The notes beneath the pieces were generated by a model, which was not told the origin of the DNA, searched no databases, and saw nothing but the letters and a program-made list of their open reading frames with translations. The position numbers were made by a program, and so were the translations under genes. Positions 52,026 to 62,521 of a stretch of DNA of 64,000 bases are shown one piece after another. The stretch is from contig CAVYSE010000025.1 in assembly GCA_963771075.1 (NCBI GenBank), positions 64,001 through 128,000 on the forward strand, written 5' to 3'. Numbering within the stretch: position 1 is the stretch's first letter; every line of letters begins with the position of its first letter. The stretch is from a candidate division FCPU426 bacterium. GTDB taxonomy: Bacteria; Oederibacteriota; Muellerivitia; Muellerivitales; Muellerivitaceae.

Positions 52026-52906
52026 ATTAATGCCGCTCCATGAGAAACCGTTTCCACGGCCAGAGAAGTCCAGCCGTCTTGTTTAAATAGTCGCACAAGG
52101 TCTCCCGCCGCCGCCTGATTTTCCACTACGGCAAAAACGGTTGGACCACTGCCCGATACCATCGCGCCTAAGGCTCCTTTTTTGATCAACTCTTCCTTCA
52201 AACGAAGGATGGAAGGAAGTAAATTAAAAGCCGCGCTTTCCAGTCCGTTATAAAGTGAGCCCGCGATCTCATGGGGATTGCCCCTTTTGGCTGTCTCCCT
52301 AAAAGCCCTGGCCCTTGCCCCGTCCGAAAACAAAGCCTTCCCCGACCGGTAGACCAGGGGAGTGGAAAGGCCCTCGGGAGGTTTTACCAGGACCAAATGC
52401 CAGGTGGGTCCGGGGAACCAGGGTTCAATGAGTTCGCCCCGGCCCAATCCCAACGCGGTTCCCCCTTCCAAAAAAAAGGATACGTCCGACCCAATCCTCG
52501 TGGCCAACTCTTGCAGTTTGGCGGATCCGCAACCCGTTTGATAAAGGGCTTCCAGCCCCCAAAGGGTAGCGGCCGCGTCGCTAGAACCTCCTCCCAATCC
52601 TGCCGCTTGGGGTATTTTCTTGGTCAATACCGCCCGGACCCCGCCCTGATTTTGGAGGATTTCGCTCAGAAAAAGCCTTGCGGCCTTGACCACCAGATTG
52701 GAATCGTCAGGGGCCAGATCGGGCAGGGGCGGATCAATTTCAAAATCCACACCCGAAGAAATTTTCCCAAGTGAAATTTCGTCATAAAGGGAAACCGCCT
52801 GGAAAACCAACGCCAATTCATGAAAACCATCTTCCCTTTTTCGGAGCACCTCCAAAACCGGATTCACCTTGGCGGGTGTCCGCAGGCGCACTTTCTCCCT
52901 TTTCAC
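52022..52906 (-). CDS. ispE: 4-diphosphocytidyl-2C-methyl-D-erythritol kinase
   Basis: PAKVN..L, R.DGFHEL, KKIP.AAGLGGGSSDAA, GSDV, SGSGPT. Confidence 0.95.
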   Translation of the reverse strand: MKREKVRLRTPAKVNPVLEVLRKREDGFHELALVFQAVSLYDEISLGKISSGVDFEIDPPLPDLAPDDSNLVVKAARLFLSEILQNQGGVRAVLTKKIPQAAGLGGGSSDAAATLWGLEALYQTGCGSAKLQELATRIGSDVSFFLEGGTALGLGRGELIEPWFPGPTWHLVLVKPPEGLSTPLVYRSGKALFSDGARARAFRETAKRGNPHEIAGSLYNGLESAAFNLLPSILRLKEELIKKGALGAMVSGSGPTVFAVVENQAAAGDLVRLFKQDGWTSLAVETVSHGAALI

Positions 52907-54600
52907 GGGTTGGTTTGGGCCTTGGAAATTTTAACCGGATAATCCTTGTTGTCCGGGTCGAGTTGTGCGGCTTTTTGCCATTGCAAAAGGGCCGAACCTT
53001 TGTCGCCCAGTTTCATGTAAACCTCACCCAGGTGATCATACACCACTGCGTTATCCTTTTGCCCGTCCTTGAGATAGCCCTCGGCTTTTTCCAGTTGAGC
53101 CTTTGCCCCCGGATAATCGGACCGTTTGAAATAAAGCCAACCCAGGCTGTCCAGGTAATAGGCATTATGGGGTTCCAGTTGAACAGCCTTATTCAAAAGG
53201 TCCTTGGCCTCATCCAGGCGAATATTCCGGTCGACGTAGGAATAACCCACGTAGTTGAGTGCTTCGGCATTTTGGGGGTCGATTTTCATGACCTTGTGCA
53301 TTTCCTCCATGGCCTCTTCAAACTTCCCTTTCTTATCCAGCAACACCCCCAGGTTAAAATGGGCCTGGATGTTCTGAGGATCGAGCTGGACCACTTTGCG
53401 GTAGTGCTCCTCCGCCGGTACGAGATCATTTTTCTCATGTTCCAGCATGGCCTCAATGAGGATCAGATCGGGGTTGTTGGCGTTGGCTTTCAAGGCATCC
53501 TTCAAGGCTTGGGCGGCCTCCGGGTCCTTTTTTTCCTTCCCCAACAGGAGGATCAACCGAACCCAAGCGTCGGTGGATTTTTCGTCATTCTGTAAAACGG
53601 CCCTAAGTTGTTCCTCGGCAAGGGCGTAATCTCCCTTTTCCTCGAGCGTGGCGGCCAGGTGGAAGCGGACCAGGGCGTTACGGGATTCCTTCGCCAGGAA
53701 AGCCTGGAAGGAATCGATGGCCGCGTCGTATTGCTTAAGCCGGTACTGGCAAATGCCGATGTTGTCCAACGCGGAGGCATCCTCCGGTTTCAACTGGGCA
53801 TAATTTTGAAAAGCCTGCAGGGCTTCCGCGTCCTTTTTCTGACCACCGTAAAGTTCCCCCAGCGCCTGATAGGCTTGGGCGCTCCGGGGGTTGATCTTGA
53901 CCAGGGCCTGATAGGTCGCGATGGCCTGGTCGTCGTTTTTTTCCCACTCGTAAATGAGCCCGAGGGAGGCATAGGCCGCCTCCAAGGTCGGGTCGGTGTC
54001 GATGGCTTTCCGGAAATACTGCTCGGCCTTTACTGCCTGGTTGGCCCTTGTATAGAGTAGGCCCATGTTGTAATAAGCTTCGCCCTGTTTAGGGTCCAGG
54101 GTCAGGAGGTTCTGATAGGCCCCTAAGGCTTCCTCGAATTTGTTTTGGCTGGCCAAAACCCCGGCCAGTTCGTAATGGGCCTTGATATTCGACGGATTCT
54201 TCTGGATCAGTGTCTCGAACTGGTGTTGGGCTTTCGAATATTCGCCCTGAGTCGCCAAAAGTTCGGCCATTTGCTGGCGGGTCTCGACATCCTCGGGATT
54301 GAGCTCAAGGGATTTTTGCAATTCCTCCACGCTCTTGTTCTCTAGCCCCTCCATGTAATAGTTATAGGCCAGGTGCTTGTGGATGGAGGTGGATTGCGGA
54401 TCATAGCGGGCCGCCTGCTCGAACTCCACCAGGGATTGCTCGGGCCGGTTCATGCGGAGCGAATAAAGGGCGATGGCGTAATGCCAGTAAGCCCGGGCCT
54501 GAGTGTCGACGGAGCCTTCCGACATCAGGTCGGCGAAACTCGCGGCTGGACAAAGTAAAAGAACGACACTGACGATCAAATTAAATTTTTGCGGTTTCAT
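52903..54600 (-). CDS. Secreted long TPR protein
   Basis: Signal peptide, many TPRs, ALNYVGYS, YLDSLGW, DHLGE. Confidence 0.88.
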   Translation of the reverse strand: MKPQKFNLIVSVVLLLCPAASFADLMSEGSVDTQARAYWHYAIALYSLRMNRPEQSLVEFEQAARYDPQSTSIHKHLAYNYYMEGLENKSVEELQKSLELNPEDVETRQQMAELLATQGEYSKAQHQFETLIQKNPSNIKAHYELAGVLASQNKFEEALGAYQNLLTLDPKQGEAYYNMGLLYTRANQAVKAEQYFRKAIDTDPTLEAAYASLGLIYEWEKNDDQAIATYQALVKINPRSAQAYQALGELYGGQKKDAEALQAFQNYAQLKPEDASALDNIGICQYRLKQYDAAIDSFQAFLAKESRNALVRFHLAATLEEKGDYALAEEQLRAVLQNDEKSTDAWVRLILLLGKEKKDPEAAQALKDALKANANNPDLILIEAMLEHEKNDLVPAEEHYRKVVQLDPQNIQAHFNLGVLLDKKGKFEEAMEEMHKVMKIDPQNAEALNYVGYSYVDRNIRLDEAKDLLNKAVQLEPHNAYYLDSLGWLYFKRSDYPGAKAQLEKAEGYLKDGQKDNAVVYDHLGEVYMKLGDKGSALLQWQKAAQLDPDNKDYPVKISKAQTNP

Positions 54601-54615
54601 GGTTATTCCGGGTAT

Positions 54616-55068
54616 TTAGACTTGCTTGATGGATTCGTTGGCTTTACGCAAACGCTCGTTGGCTATTTTCAGGAAGCACATCAACACTTTCAAGGCGATT
54701 TCCGGATGTTTTTCCATCATGGTGTTGAAGGCCTTCTTGGTCATGACCAGGAGTACCGATTCTTCCCCGACCCGGGCCGTTGCGGTGCGGGGCCGGTTGT
54801 CAATCAGCGACATCTCCCCCAAAAATTCTCCGTCTTTCAGGGTCGCCAGGACCGCCTCCTGATTGGGACCCACTTTTTTTAAAATCTGGACCGACCCTTT
54901 CTTGACAACGTAAAGAATTTCCCCGGTCATGCCCTCGACAAAAAGGGTGGAATTTTTAGAGTATGCTTTCTCAAAGAAAAGGGTGATGACCGTCCCCAAT
55001 TCTTGGGGAGAAAAGTCGCGAAAAAGAGGGATGTCCTTTAGCGACTCTAAGTCGATGGGGGTTGGCAT
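54616..55068 (-). CDS. Stand-alone cyclic-nucleotide-binding domain protein
   Basis: LF.EG..G..LY....G, GEFLGEMSL, PRTATA; no HTH. Confidence 0.88.
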   Translation of the reverse strand: MPTPIDLESLKDIPLFRDFSPQELGTVITLFFEKAYSKNSTLFVEGMTGEILYVVKKGSVQILKKVGPNQEAVLATLKDGEFLGEMSLIDNRPRTATARVGEESVLLVMTKKAFNTMMEKHPEIALKVLMCFLKIANERLRKANESIKQV

Positions 55069-55166
55069 AGTACCTCACGGATCAGGATAAGGAATAGGGG
55101 CGCGGCACCTTCACTTGAATGGTCGGCATTATACCATTCGTTGGAAATTCTTTCGGTCCGCGTGGG

Positions 55167-56462
55167 TTAAAATTGAGCCGCGGCTAAGCCCTGTTTCAGG
55201 GCGCTTTCCATACTGCCGTATTCCCACATGCCGTAACGACCTACCGAATGGACTGCCCTTTTACCGTAAAAGGCCAAAAGATCCCCCGCGATTTCCTCGC
55301 GATTCGAATCATAGAGGACATAGGCCCCCGGTAAGTCCAGATCCACCCGGGTCAAAATATCCTTTTCCGATCGAATCCACCCCAACCCAATCAACTTGGA
55401 AAGAGCGTGCCGGTAAAGGGTGTCCGGGGTAGCCCGAGTGCTCCGGTAGGAAAATTCAATATAGAGGGAATAGGCGTCCTTCGGGGCCACGGTAGGTACA
55501 CAGGCGCTGACAGACCCGGCCCGGTGGAAGCGGTATTCGGGTTCGGGAAAATAAACCCAACTGTAGGGCATAGGTTGTCGGCCTTTCACCCCCAGGTTGA
55601 TGTTGTATATGGAAACCGACCGTAGGGAGGATGCCGCCCGACGCAGGGATGAGGGAAGGTCCACCGTCAAAGCCGCGAGGGCCTTTAGGGGAAGGCTGCT
55701 GACCAACCGGTCATAACCAACCTCCAACCCAGAGGTTAATAGAGCCTTTCGATTTTTAAGGGAGAGGGCCCGGAGCCCCACTCCTCTCCATACTTGTGTC
55801 AACCCGGCCGCGAGCGTCCGGGGCAAGACCGAGATTCCCCCCCGGTCGGGATAAAGGAAAGCGGCGTTGTAACCGGAGGCGGAGATTCGGCGGCTCAAGG
55901 CCCCCTCCAATACCTGCCGGACCTTCGGGGATGGAACGAACCTTCCCATCCAATGGGTCGTCAGTCGATCCAATGGGATTTTCCAGAGTTTGGAGTTGTA
56001 AGGAAACATGAAATGGCGGGAGATGCCGGGCCCGAAATTCCGCAGACACCATTCGCGAAAATGAGGGGCTGGGGCAGCGGAGGGTTGAAACCGCTCGCGC
56101 AAAACGGCCTCCAGGTAACCCAACAGGTTCTCCCGAACGATCGAGGAAGGCAATCCGGCGTTATTTTCCTGGTAAGGATACTCGGTAAAGATCCCCTGGC
56201 TGAGGATCGCGGAATGCCGTTGCCGGGTCTTGAAGATATTTCCGGTGATGGACCGCACCCACTTTTCCAATTTCGGATCCCGGAAATGAAGAAAATGGCC
56301 CGTATAGTCGAAAGTGAATCCTTTAGACTCTATTGTCCGGCATAAACCGCCTATTTCTTTTTCTTTCTCCACTAGCAAGCAGGGCCGCTTGGATCGGGTC
56401 AAGGCCCATGCGCATGAAAGACCGGCCAATCCTCCTCCCGCCACCAGGGTCTCGATCTTCAT
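55167..56462 (-). CDS. FAD-dependent oxidoreductase (UDP-galactopyranose mutase/HemY-like fold)
   Basis: GGGLAGL, EK...GG, FD.TGH, PYN.KLW, F.YP..GG, GRYG.W.Y. Confidence 0.82.
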   Translation of the reverse strand: MKIETLVAGGGLAGLSCAWALTRSKRPCLLVEKEKEIGGLCRTIESKGFTFDYTGHFLHFRDPKLEKWVRSITGNIFKTRQRHSAILSQGIFTEYPYQENNAGLPSSIVRENLLGYLEAVLRERFQPSAAPAPHFREWCLRNFGPGISRHFMFPYNSKLWKIPLDRLTTHWMGRFVPSPKVRQVLEGALSRRISASGYNAAFLYPDRGGISVLPRTLAAGLTQVWRGVGLRALSLKNRKALLTSGLEVGYDRLVSSLPLKALAALTVDLPSSLRRAASSLRSVSIYNINLGVKGRQPMPYSWVYFPEPEYRFHRAGSVSACVPTVAPKDAYSLYIEFSYRSTRATPDTLYRHALSKLIGLGWIRSEKDILTRVDLDLPGAYVLYDSNREEIAGDLLAFYGKRAVHSVGRYGMWEYGSMESALKQGLAAAQF

Positions 56463-57625
56463 TTTTTTTCTTTCCGGCGATTGGGATTCTTTTTCGGAAT
56501 TCGCGACCGCGGCGGGGTCAAGGGCTCGCTTGGGTCTCCTCTTCGCTGGGTTTTCCGAAGAGGTGCTTTCCCGCCCTGGAAAGGGTCTCCCATGGGCACG
56601 CTGGCGATAATGAGGGTAAAGATCATCCCCAATATGGATAGGGCAAGGAGAAAGGCGAAAGCTCTTTTTTCCGAATTACGAACCATCCATCCGGATCCCA
56701 GGACGAGACATGCGGATATGCTCCAAAGGAACAGGACCGTTTGGCGGACGGTCATGCCCAATTGCCGGAGGCGCAGGGCCAAATGATCATTTGAACCACG
56801 AAACATCGACCTTCCATTCAAGGTTCTTAATACCATGACGAGGACCGTGTCATAAAGGGGAATGCCTAGAATTAAAACCGGCGAGCAAAGCGCCAACACG
56901 TTCACCTGGCTATATCCATGTCCCATGGCAAGTCCCGCGAGGGTATACCCGATGAAAAGCGCACCCGAATCACCCATATAAATTCGGGCAGGTTGAAAGT
57001 TGTAAGGGAGGAAACCCAATAAGCTTCCTCCCAGAGCGGCCGCCGTAAGGGGAACATAACTTTGACTACCCAGGAAAGGAACCAGAACGAACCCAACGCA
57101 GGCAATGGAGGTGACCCCGCCGGCGAGTCCATCCATAATATCGATTAGGTTAACGGCGTTGGTCACCCCTACTACCCATAAAAGGGTCAAACCAATCGCA
57201 ATAAAGGGATGAGCGGGTAAAAACTCAAGCTGAACCCCAAAAGCCACCAACAATCCAGCGGCCAGGAATTGAAATATAAATTTGACCCAGGGGGATAGGG
57301 AGAAAAGATCATCCACGAACCCCAACAGGGCCATGACCGTGGCCCCGGAAAGGATAGCCAGGACCCTCGCCCCTTCCACGGGCGGGGCGAGCACCAGAAG
57401 ACCCAAAATGGTCATGAGAAAGGAAAAGTAAATGGCCAAGCCCCCCATATAAGGCACAGGGGCAGTATGTTTTTTCAGTTGGCCTGTTGGACTGTCTAAA
57501 AATTGGGATTTAAGTGCGATTTTTCGAAAAAGGGGGGTTAACCCGAAGGAAAGACTGAAAGAAATTAGTGCGATCACAACAGGAGCGTTCAGGGGTATCC
57601 TCCCAAGGGAGTCGTGGAAAGGCAC
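56459..57625 (-). CDS. MraY/WecA-family undecaprenyl-phosphate sugar-phosphate transferase
   Basis: H..P.P..GG, GFVDD, NAVNLIDIMDGLA, YMGDSG; start uncertain. Confidence 0.9.
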   Translation of the reverse strand: MPFHDSLGRIPLNAPVVIALISFSLSFGLTPLFRKIALKSQFLDSPTGQLKKHTAPVPYMGGLAIYFSFLMTILGLLVLAPPVEGARVLAILSGATVMALLGFVDDLFSLSPWVKFIFQFLAAGLLVAFGVQLEFLPAHPFIAIGLTLLWVVGVTNAVNLIDIMDGLAGGVTSIACVGFVLVPFLGSQSYVPLTAAALGGSLLGFLPYNFQPARIYMGDSGALFIGYTLAGLAMGHGYSQVNVLALCSPVLILGIPLYDTVLVMVLRTLNGRSMFRGSNDHLALRLRQLGMTVRQTVLFLWSISACLVLGSGWMVRNSEKRAFAFLLALSILGMIFTLIIASVPMGDPFQGGKAPLRKTQRRGDPSEPLTPPRSRIPKKNPNRRKEKK

Positions 57626-57656
57626 TATAACAAGGGGAAAAGCCTAGTTCCCGAAT

Positions 57657-57690
57657 AAAAAAAGCCCCAGATGGGTCAATCCGGGGCTTT
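57657..57690 (-). terminator. Intrinsic terminator
   Basis: AAAGCCCCGGAT-TGACCC-ATCTGGGGCTTTTTTT on minus strand. Confidence 0.85.
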
Positions 57691-57745
57691 CTAGGAGGTG
57701 AGTTTTATTGATTCGTTTATTGACCAACTGTTTCCAGCCGATCGA
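57657..57745 (-). ncRNA. Candidate sigma54-dependent small RNA
   Basis: -24/-12 promoter upstream, 9-bp GAAA-tetraloop hairpin, A-rich linker with CACCUCCU, intrinsic terminator; no ATG ORF before the terminator. Confidence 0.68.
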
Positions 57746-57755
57746 TCTATTAATA

Positions 57756-57771
57756 TGCAATCGATATGCCA
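57756..57771 (-). promoter_or_regulatory. Sigma54 (-24/-12) promoter
   Basis: TGGCAT-ATCGA-TTGCA versus consensus TGGCAC-N5-TTGCW. Confidence 0.8.
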
Positions 57772-57842
57772 AACTTAGTCTTCAAAAAACCATTGAAATA
57801 TATAATATTTTTCAATGCTCCTGAACCTATTATTCTAAAATG

Positions 57843-57891
57843 TGTATTAATAACTTACACTTAATTTTAAATGTTTTATTATTTTACACTT
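57843..57891. promoter_or_regulatory. Two putative enhancer (UAS) sites
   Basis: TGT-N11-ACA(CTT) at 57843 and 57872, about 100-145 bp upstream of the predicted start. Confidence 0.6.
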
Positions 57892-59780
57892 TTCCTTTTT
57901 CCCGATCCGAGCTCAATCCATAACGTTTCAATTTAAGGTACAAGGTGGGACGACTTATTCCCAGTCGATCGGCCGCGCGACGCTTGTTAAATTGGGTTTC
58001 TTTTAAAACTCGTTCGATCATGGTCCGTTCCATTCTTTCCAAAACCCCTGTTTCGGGTACTCCTAAGGTTAAACCCTCCATCCGGGGCACCCCTCCTGTT
58101 ATTTCGAGAGGGAGATGCTCGGGCCGGACCATCACGTCGTCATTGAGGGTAACCACCCTTTCAATTAAATTTTCCAATTCACGGACATTCCCCGGCCAAC
58201 GGTATCTCTTTAATATTTCGATAACACCCTGGGAGAGACCCTCAAAACGGTGGTGCCGCTTTTGCCGTTGTTTTTCAAGAAAATGCCGGGCCAAAAGCAC
58301 CACATCGCCTTCCCTTTCGCGCAAGGGAGGCATCTCAATGGCGATCACGTTGAGTCGATAAAAGAGATCCTCCCGGAAACGGCCGTCCCGGATCGCCTGT
58401 TTCAAGTCCCGGTTCGTGGCTGCGATAACACGGATATCCACCCGGACGCTTTCCGTTCCACCGACTCTCTCAAATTCTCTTTCTTGAAGCACTCTCAAGA
58501 GTTTCACTTGAGTGGAAAGATTTAATTCACCAATTTCATCGAGAAATACCGTTCCCCCTTGGGCGGCCTCAAACTTCCCCATTTTGCGATCGAGAGCCCC
58601 GGTGAAAGACCCCTTCTCATGTCCAAATAATTCGCTTTCCAGAAGCGATTCGCTCAAAACCGAGCAAGAAATGGGAATAAAAGCTTTATCGTGTCGGGAG
58701 GATTGTTGATGTATGGCTCGGGCCGCGACTTCCTTTCCGGTTCCATTTTCTCCCAAAATGAGAACGGTCGCATCCGCGGCAGCAGCCCGTTTGATTAAAC
58801 CTTCCGCCTTCTTCAAGGCTTGGCTCGATCCTACCATCCCCTGATCCTCTGGAACCAGGTTTTTCGAAGCCGTGACCGCCGTGGAAACCATCGATTTGGT
58901 CAAGGCATAGAGGATGGACGCGCCATGATTTGAATCCCGGACAAATTCCTCAAAATCCCTTCGCATGCGGTCCGACTGCCCCTCCTGCCGGTAAAGCTGG
59001 CCCAGATTGTAAGCCGCATTGGCGTGAGAAGGGTCGAGTTGTAAAACCGCCTTAAATTCCCCAACCGCTTTTTCTATCTCTCCTTTTCTATAGTAAGCCA
59101 CTCCCAAATCATTTCGTAAATTCAACTGTTCCACGCCATCCGGGATGAGTTTTAACCCGCGTTTATAGACCATCATGGCTTCATCGTATCTTTCCAAGGC
59201 CAACAGGCAATCCCCCAAACTTCCAAGGCGCGAGAATATTTTTCGGCCATTCCACGGTCACCAACCGATATTGTTCCAAGGCCTTTTCCAATTCCCCTCT
59301 TTCCTTGAAAAGTCCGCCTAAATTCAAACGGCATTGTAGGGTGAGGGTTGGAGCGCTATGAAAAAGTCCAAGATAATAGGCTCCTGGCGTCAGTGGATGG
59401 ATCAGGTGCAAGGTCTCCAAAAATGAGTACATGGCGTCATGTACACGGCCCCTCTGAAGATGGATCAGGCCAACGTTGAATTGGGTATCCAACAGATTCG
59501 GCTGGACTTGAAGGGCCTGGCGGTAGATTTCAAGGGCTTGATCATGATCCTGCAAGTGGAAAGCCGCGTGTCCAACATCCCGGAGGGCGAATGGATCCTC
59601 GGGTTTGCGTTTCGCGACAGCCTTGAAAAGTTTCAAAGCTTTGGCATATTCCCCTTGCTCAAAAGCTTCTATCCCCTCTAGCGTCGCTTTGCCCGCGGGT
59701 TCCTGGGGAAGACCGCAAACGGGGCAAAATCGATGGTCCTCTTCCTGGGAATATCCGCATTCACGGCAGGTCATACTCAT
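57884..59780 (-). CDS. Zn-ribbon + TPR + sigma54-interacting AAA+ + Fis-HTH activator; apparent +1 frameshift near 59230
   Basis: CRECG...FCPVCG, TPRs, [49 protein letters not shown]. Confidence 0.9.
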
Positions 59781-60217
59781 GATGGATTATTCCCGTTTAA
59801 GGTTGTACGTTTGGCTTCAGGAGAGGCGGCCTGGATCGATATTTTCTTAATTTTGTTTCGCGCCGATCCCTTCCCAATAGGATTTGACGCAGAAACATCC
59901 GTTAAGAGCTTTTTGATCTGAAGTTCCGCCAATTTAGAGGCTTGGGGAAGGTCTGCGAATTCCTTTTCGAGTTTTCGGTACCAGGTAACCGCACCCTGGA
60001 TATCACCGGCCTTTTCCCTTTTATATCCCTTGCGAAATTCTTTTTCAAATTCGATCAAGCGCTGTTGGTCCGCGGCGGATAATAAGTGAGTGGTGTAAAG
60101 GAACCCGGAAGCGGTGAGAGCCGCCATCGTCATTAAGTAAATGAAATAGGGTGGAAATGCCAAAACCCCGAGAAGATTGACGATGGTCAAGCCACCCCAA
60201 TCGACGTTTTTGAGCAT
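59777..60217 (-). CDS. Hypothetical membrane protein
   Basis: 2 TM plus TPR-like helical pair; ATGA overlap with the activator gene. Confidence 0.65.
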   Translation of the reverse strand: MLKNVDWGGLTIVNLLGVLAFPPYFIYLMTMAALTASGFLYTTHLLSAADQQRLIEFEKEFRKGYKREKAGDIQGAVTWYRKLEKEFADLPQASKLAELQIKKLLTDVSASNPIGKGSARNKIKKISIQAASPEAKRTTLNGNNPS

Positions 60218-60326
60218 GGTTTTCTTCAAAACAGATCCTCGGCACACGTGGGAACAAAGCGTAAAATTATTTTACACCTTTCCCCTATTTGAAACCCAAT
60301 CTATTCCTTGAAATGGGGTTGGGATC

Positions 60327-60366
60327 AAAAAAAAGCCCCGTTTCCTTATAGGGAAACGGGGCTTTT
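60327..60366 (-). terminator. Intrinsic terminator after pnp
   Basis: AAAAGCCCCGTTTCC...GGAAACGGGGCTTTT with T-run. Confidence 0.88.
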
Positions 60367-60375
60367 AACGAAACT

Positions 60376-62487
60376 TTATTTTTTACGGTAATCCTCGATA
60401 TTAAGATCCAAGGCATCCTTGCGGGAAAACTTAATTTTCTTCGTCTTAGGATCGATGCCGATGCACTTCACCAGCAGCTCGTCCCCTTCCTTGAGGATGT
60501 CTTCCACCTTCTCCACCCGGCTCTTGGCCAGCTGGGAGATGTGGACCAGCCCGTCGGTGCCGGGCAGGATCTCGACGAAAGCCCCGAAATCCATGATCTT
60601 CTTGACGGTTCCGAAGTATATCTTTCCCTCCTCGGCTTCCGCCATGAGCCCGTCGATGAAGGCCTTGGCCTTCTCGATGGCCGCCCCGTTGGGGGAGGCG
60701 ATGTGGACCGAGCCGTCGTCCTCGACATTAACTTCCACCTGGAAGTCTTCCTGGATCTTTTTGATGGTGGCCCCGCCCTTGCCGATGATGTCCCGGATCT
60801 TGTCGGTCGGCACCTTGATGGTGACGATCCTCGGGGCGTAGGGCGACAGGGTCTTGTTGGGGGAAGCCAGGGTCTTGTCCATGATGTCCAGGATGGTCAA
60901 ACGGCCCTGCTTGGCCTGGGCCAGGCCCTTCTCGATGACCTCGAAGGGAAGGCCGGTGATCTTGATGTCCATCTGGATGGCCGTGATGCCCTTGCGGGTT
61001 CCCGCCACCTTGAAGTCCATGTCACCGAAATGGTCTTCCAACCCCTGGATATCGGTGAGGATGGCGACCTTGGACATGTCGGGGCTGGAGACCAGCCCCA
61101 AGGCCACGCCTGCGCAGGCGCTCTTCAAGGGCACGCCCGCGTCCATCAGCGACAAGGAGCCGCCGCAGACCGAGGCCATGGAGGAGGAGCCGTTCGATTC
61201 CAGGATGTCGGAGGACACCTGGATGGTGTAGGGGAAATCGTCGAGGGAGGGGAGCAGGGGCTCCAGCGCCCTTTCAGCCAGGTTGCCATGCCCGATCTCG
61301 CGCCGTCCGGGGCCAGACAACCTCTTGATCTCGCCCACCGAGTAGGGGGGGAAATTGTAATGGAGCATGAAGCGCTTCTTCTGCTCGCCCTCCAGCTCTT
61401 CCAAAATCTGCTGGTCTTCCTTCGTGCCCAGGGTGGTCACCACCAGGGCCTGGGTCTGGCCGCGGGTGAAAAGCGAGGACCCGTGCGTGCGGGGCAGGAT
61501 CTTCACTTCCGCCGTGATGGGGCGGAACTCGTCGAACTTGCGCCCGTCCTGGCGCTCGTGGCGGTCCAGGATGGCCTCGCGAACCAGGTCGGACTCGATG
61601 CCGTGGATCAGCCCCAGGATTTCCTTGTCGAGCCCGGGGAACTTTTCCTTCAGGGCCTCGACCGTTTCCTGGCCGACGTGGTGGATGCCGTCCTGGCGCT
61701 TGAGCTTGTCCTTCTCGGCCATGGCGGTTTTCATCTTGGAAAGGGCGAAGGTTTTGACGGCGGCCGAGAGGTCCTCGGCGGGCTTCACCAGGATGAGGAC
61801 ACGCTTGGGCTTGCCGGCCTTCTTCACCAGCTCTTCCTGGATGTCGATGATCTTCTGGCAGGCCTGGTGGGCCAGCTTGATGGCCTCGAACAAAACGGAC
61901 TCGGACTCCTCGTCCGCCCCGCCCTCGACCATGACCACGGCCTTGCGGCTGGCGGCCACGACCAGGTCCAGGGTGCTTTCTTCCATTTGCTTGAAGGTGG
62001 GGTTCACCACCAGGTCGCCCTTGACGCGGCCGACGCGCACGCAGCCGAACATGTCGGAGGTGGGGATGTCGGACACGGCCAGGGCCGCCGAGGCGGCGGA
62101 GACGGCCAGGACATCCGAGTCGTTTTCCTGGTCGGAGGAGATGACTGTGGCGTGCAGCTGGACCTCATTGAAGAAACCGTCGGGGAAGAGGGGACGGATG
62201 GGGCGGTCGATGAGGCGGGAGGTGAGAGTTTCCTTGGTGCGGGGACGGCCCTCGCGCTTGAACCAGCCTCCGGGGATGCGGCCCGCGGAGGAGGACTTCT
62301 CGCGGTATTCCACCGTCAAGGGAAAGAAATCCTTGCCCGGCATGGGCTCCTTCGCTCCGACTACGGCCACCAGCACGACCGTCTCGCCGAACTGGGCGAG
62401 AATGGCCCCGTCGGCCTGCTTGGCCATGCGGCCCGTCTCAAAAGATAAAGTCGATTGTCCCAAAGCGCAGCTAACGCGTTCCATCAA
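60376..62487 (-). CDS. pnp: Polyribonucleotide nucleotidyltransferase
   Basis: [45 protein letters not shown] and S1 domains. Confidence 0.98.
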   Translation of the reverse strand: MMERVSCALGQSTLSFETGRMAKQADGAILAQFGETVVLVAVVGAKEPMPGKDFFPLTVEYREKSSSAGRIPGGWFKREGRPRTKETLTSRLIDRPIRPLFPDGFFNEVQLHATVISSDQENDSDVLAVSAASAALAVSDIPTSDMFGCVRVGRVKGDLVVNPTFKQMEESTLDLVVAASRKAVVMVEGGADEESESVLFEAIKLAHQACQKIIDIQEELVKKAGKPKRVLILVKPAEDLSAAVKTFALSKMKTAMAEKDKLKRQDGIHHVGQETVEALKEKFPGLDKEILGLIHGIESDLVREAILDRHERQDGRKFDEFRPITAEVKILPRTHGSSLFTRGQTQALVVTTLGTKEDQQILEELEGEQKKRFMLHYNFPPYSVGEIKRLSGPGRREIGHGNLAERALEPLLPSLDDFPYTIQVSSDILESNGSSSMASVCGGSLSLMDAGVPLKSACAGVALGLVSSPDMSKVAILTDIQGLEDHFGDMDFKVAGTRKGITAIQMDIKITGLPFEVIEKGLAQAKQGRLTILDIMDKTLASPNKTLSPYAPRIVTIKVPTDKIRDIIGKGGATIKKIQEDFQVEVNVEDDGSVHIASPNGAAIEKAKAFIDGLMAEAEEGKIYFGTVKKIMDFGAFVEILPGTDGLVHISQLAKSRVEKVEDILKEGDELLVKCIGIDPKTKKIKFSRKDALDLNIEDYRKK

Positions 62488-62521
62488 TGTTCCTCCTGGA
62501 TTGTTTTAGGCGAAAGTGTGG

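Noticed and set aside
57708..57824. 38-codon plus-strand ORF (TTG) behind a perfect AGGAGGTG, a possible type I toxin
   Set aside because: Peptide is not a hydrophobic TM helix, it runs through the sigma54 promoter and no plus-strand promoter is evident; kept only as an alternative to the sRNA model
60243..60257. parS-like site (CACACGTGGGAAC)
   Set aside because: Poor match to TGTTTCACGTGAAACA; no convincing parS or DnaA-box cluster seen near parAB
60541..62509. Long plus-strand ORFs (635 aa, 380 aa) opposite pnp, and similar ones opposite atp and polA
   Set aside because: Antisense shadows caused by high GC3 codon bias; no recognisable motifs
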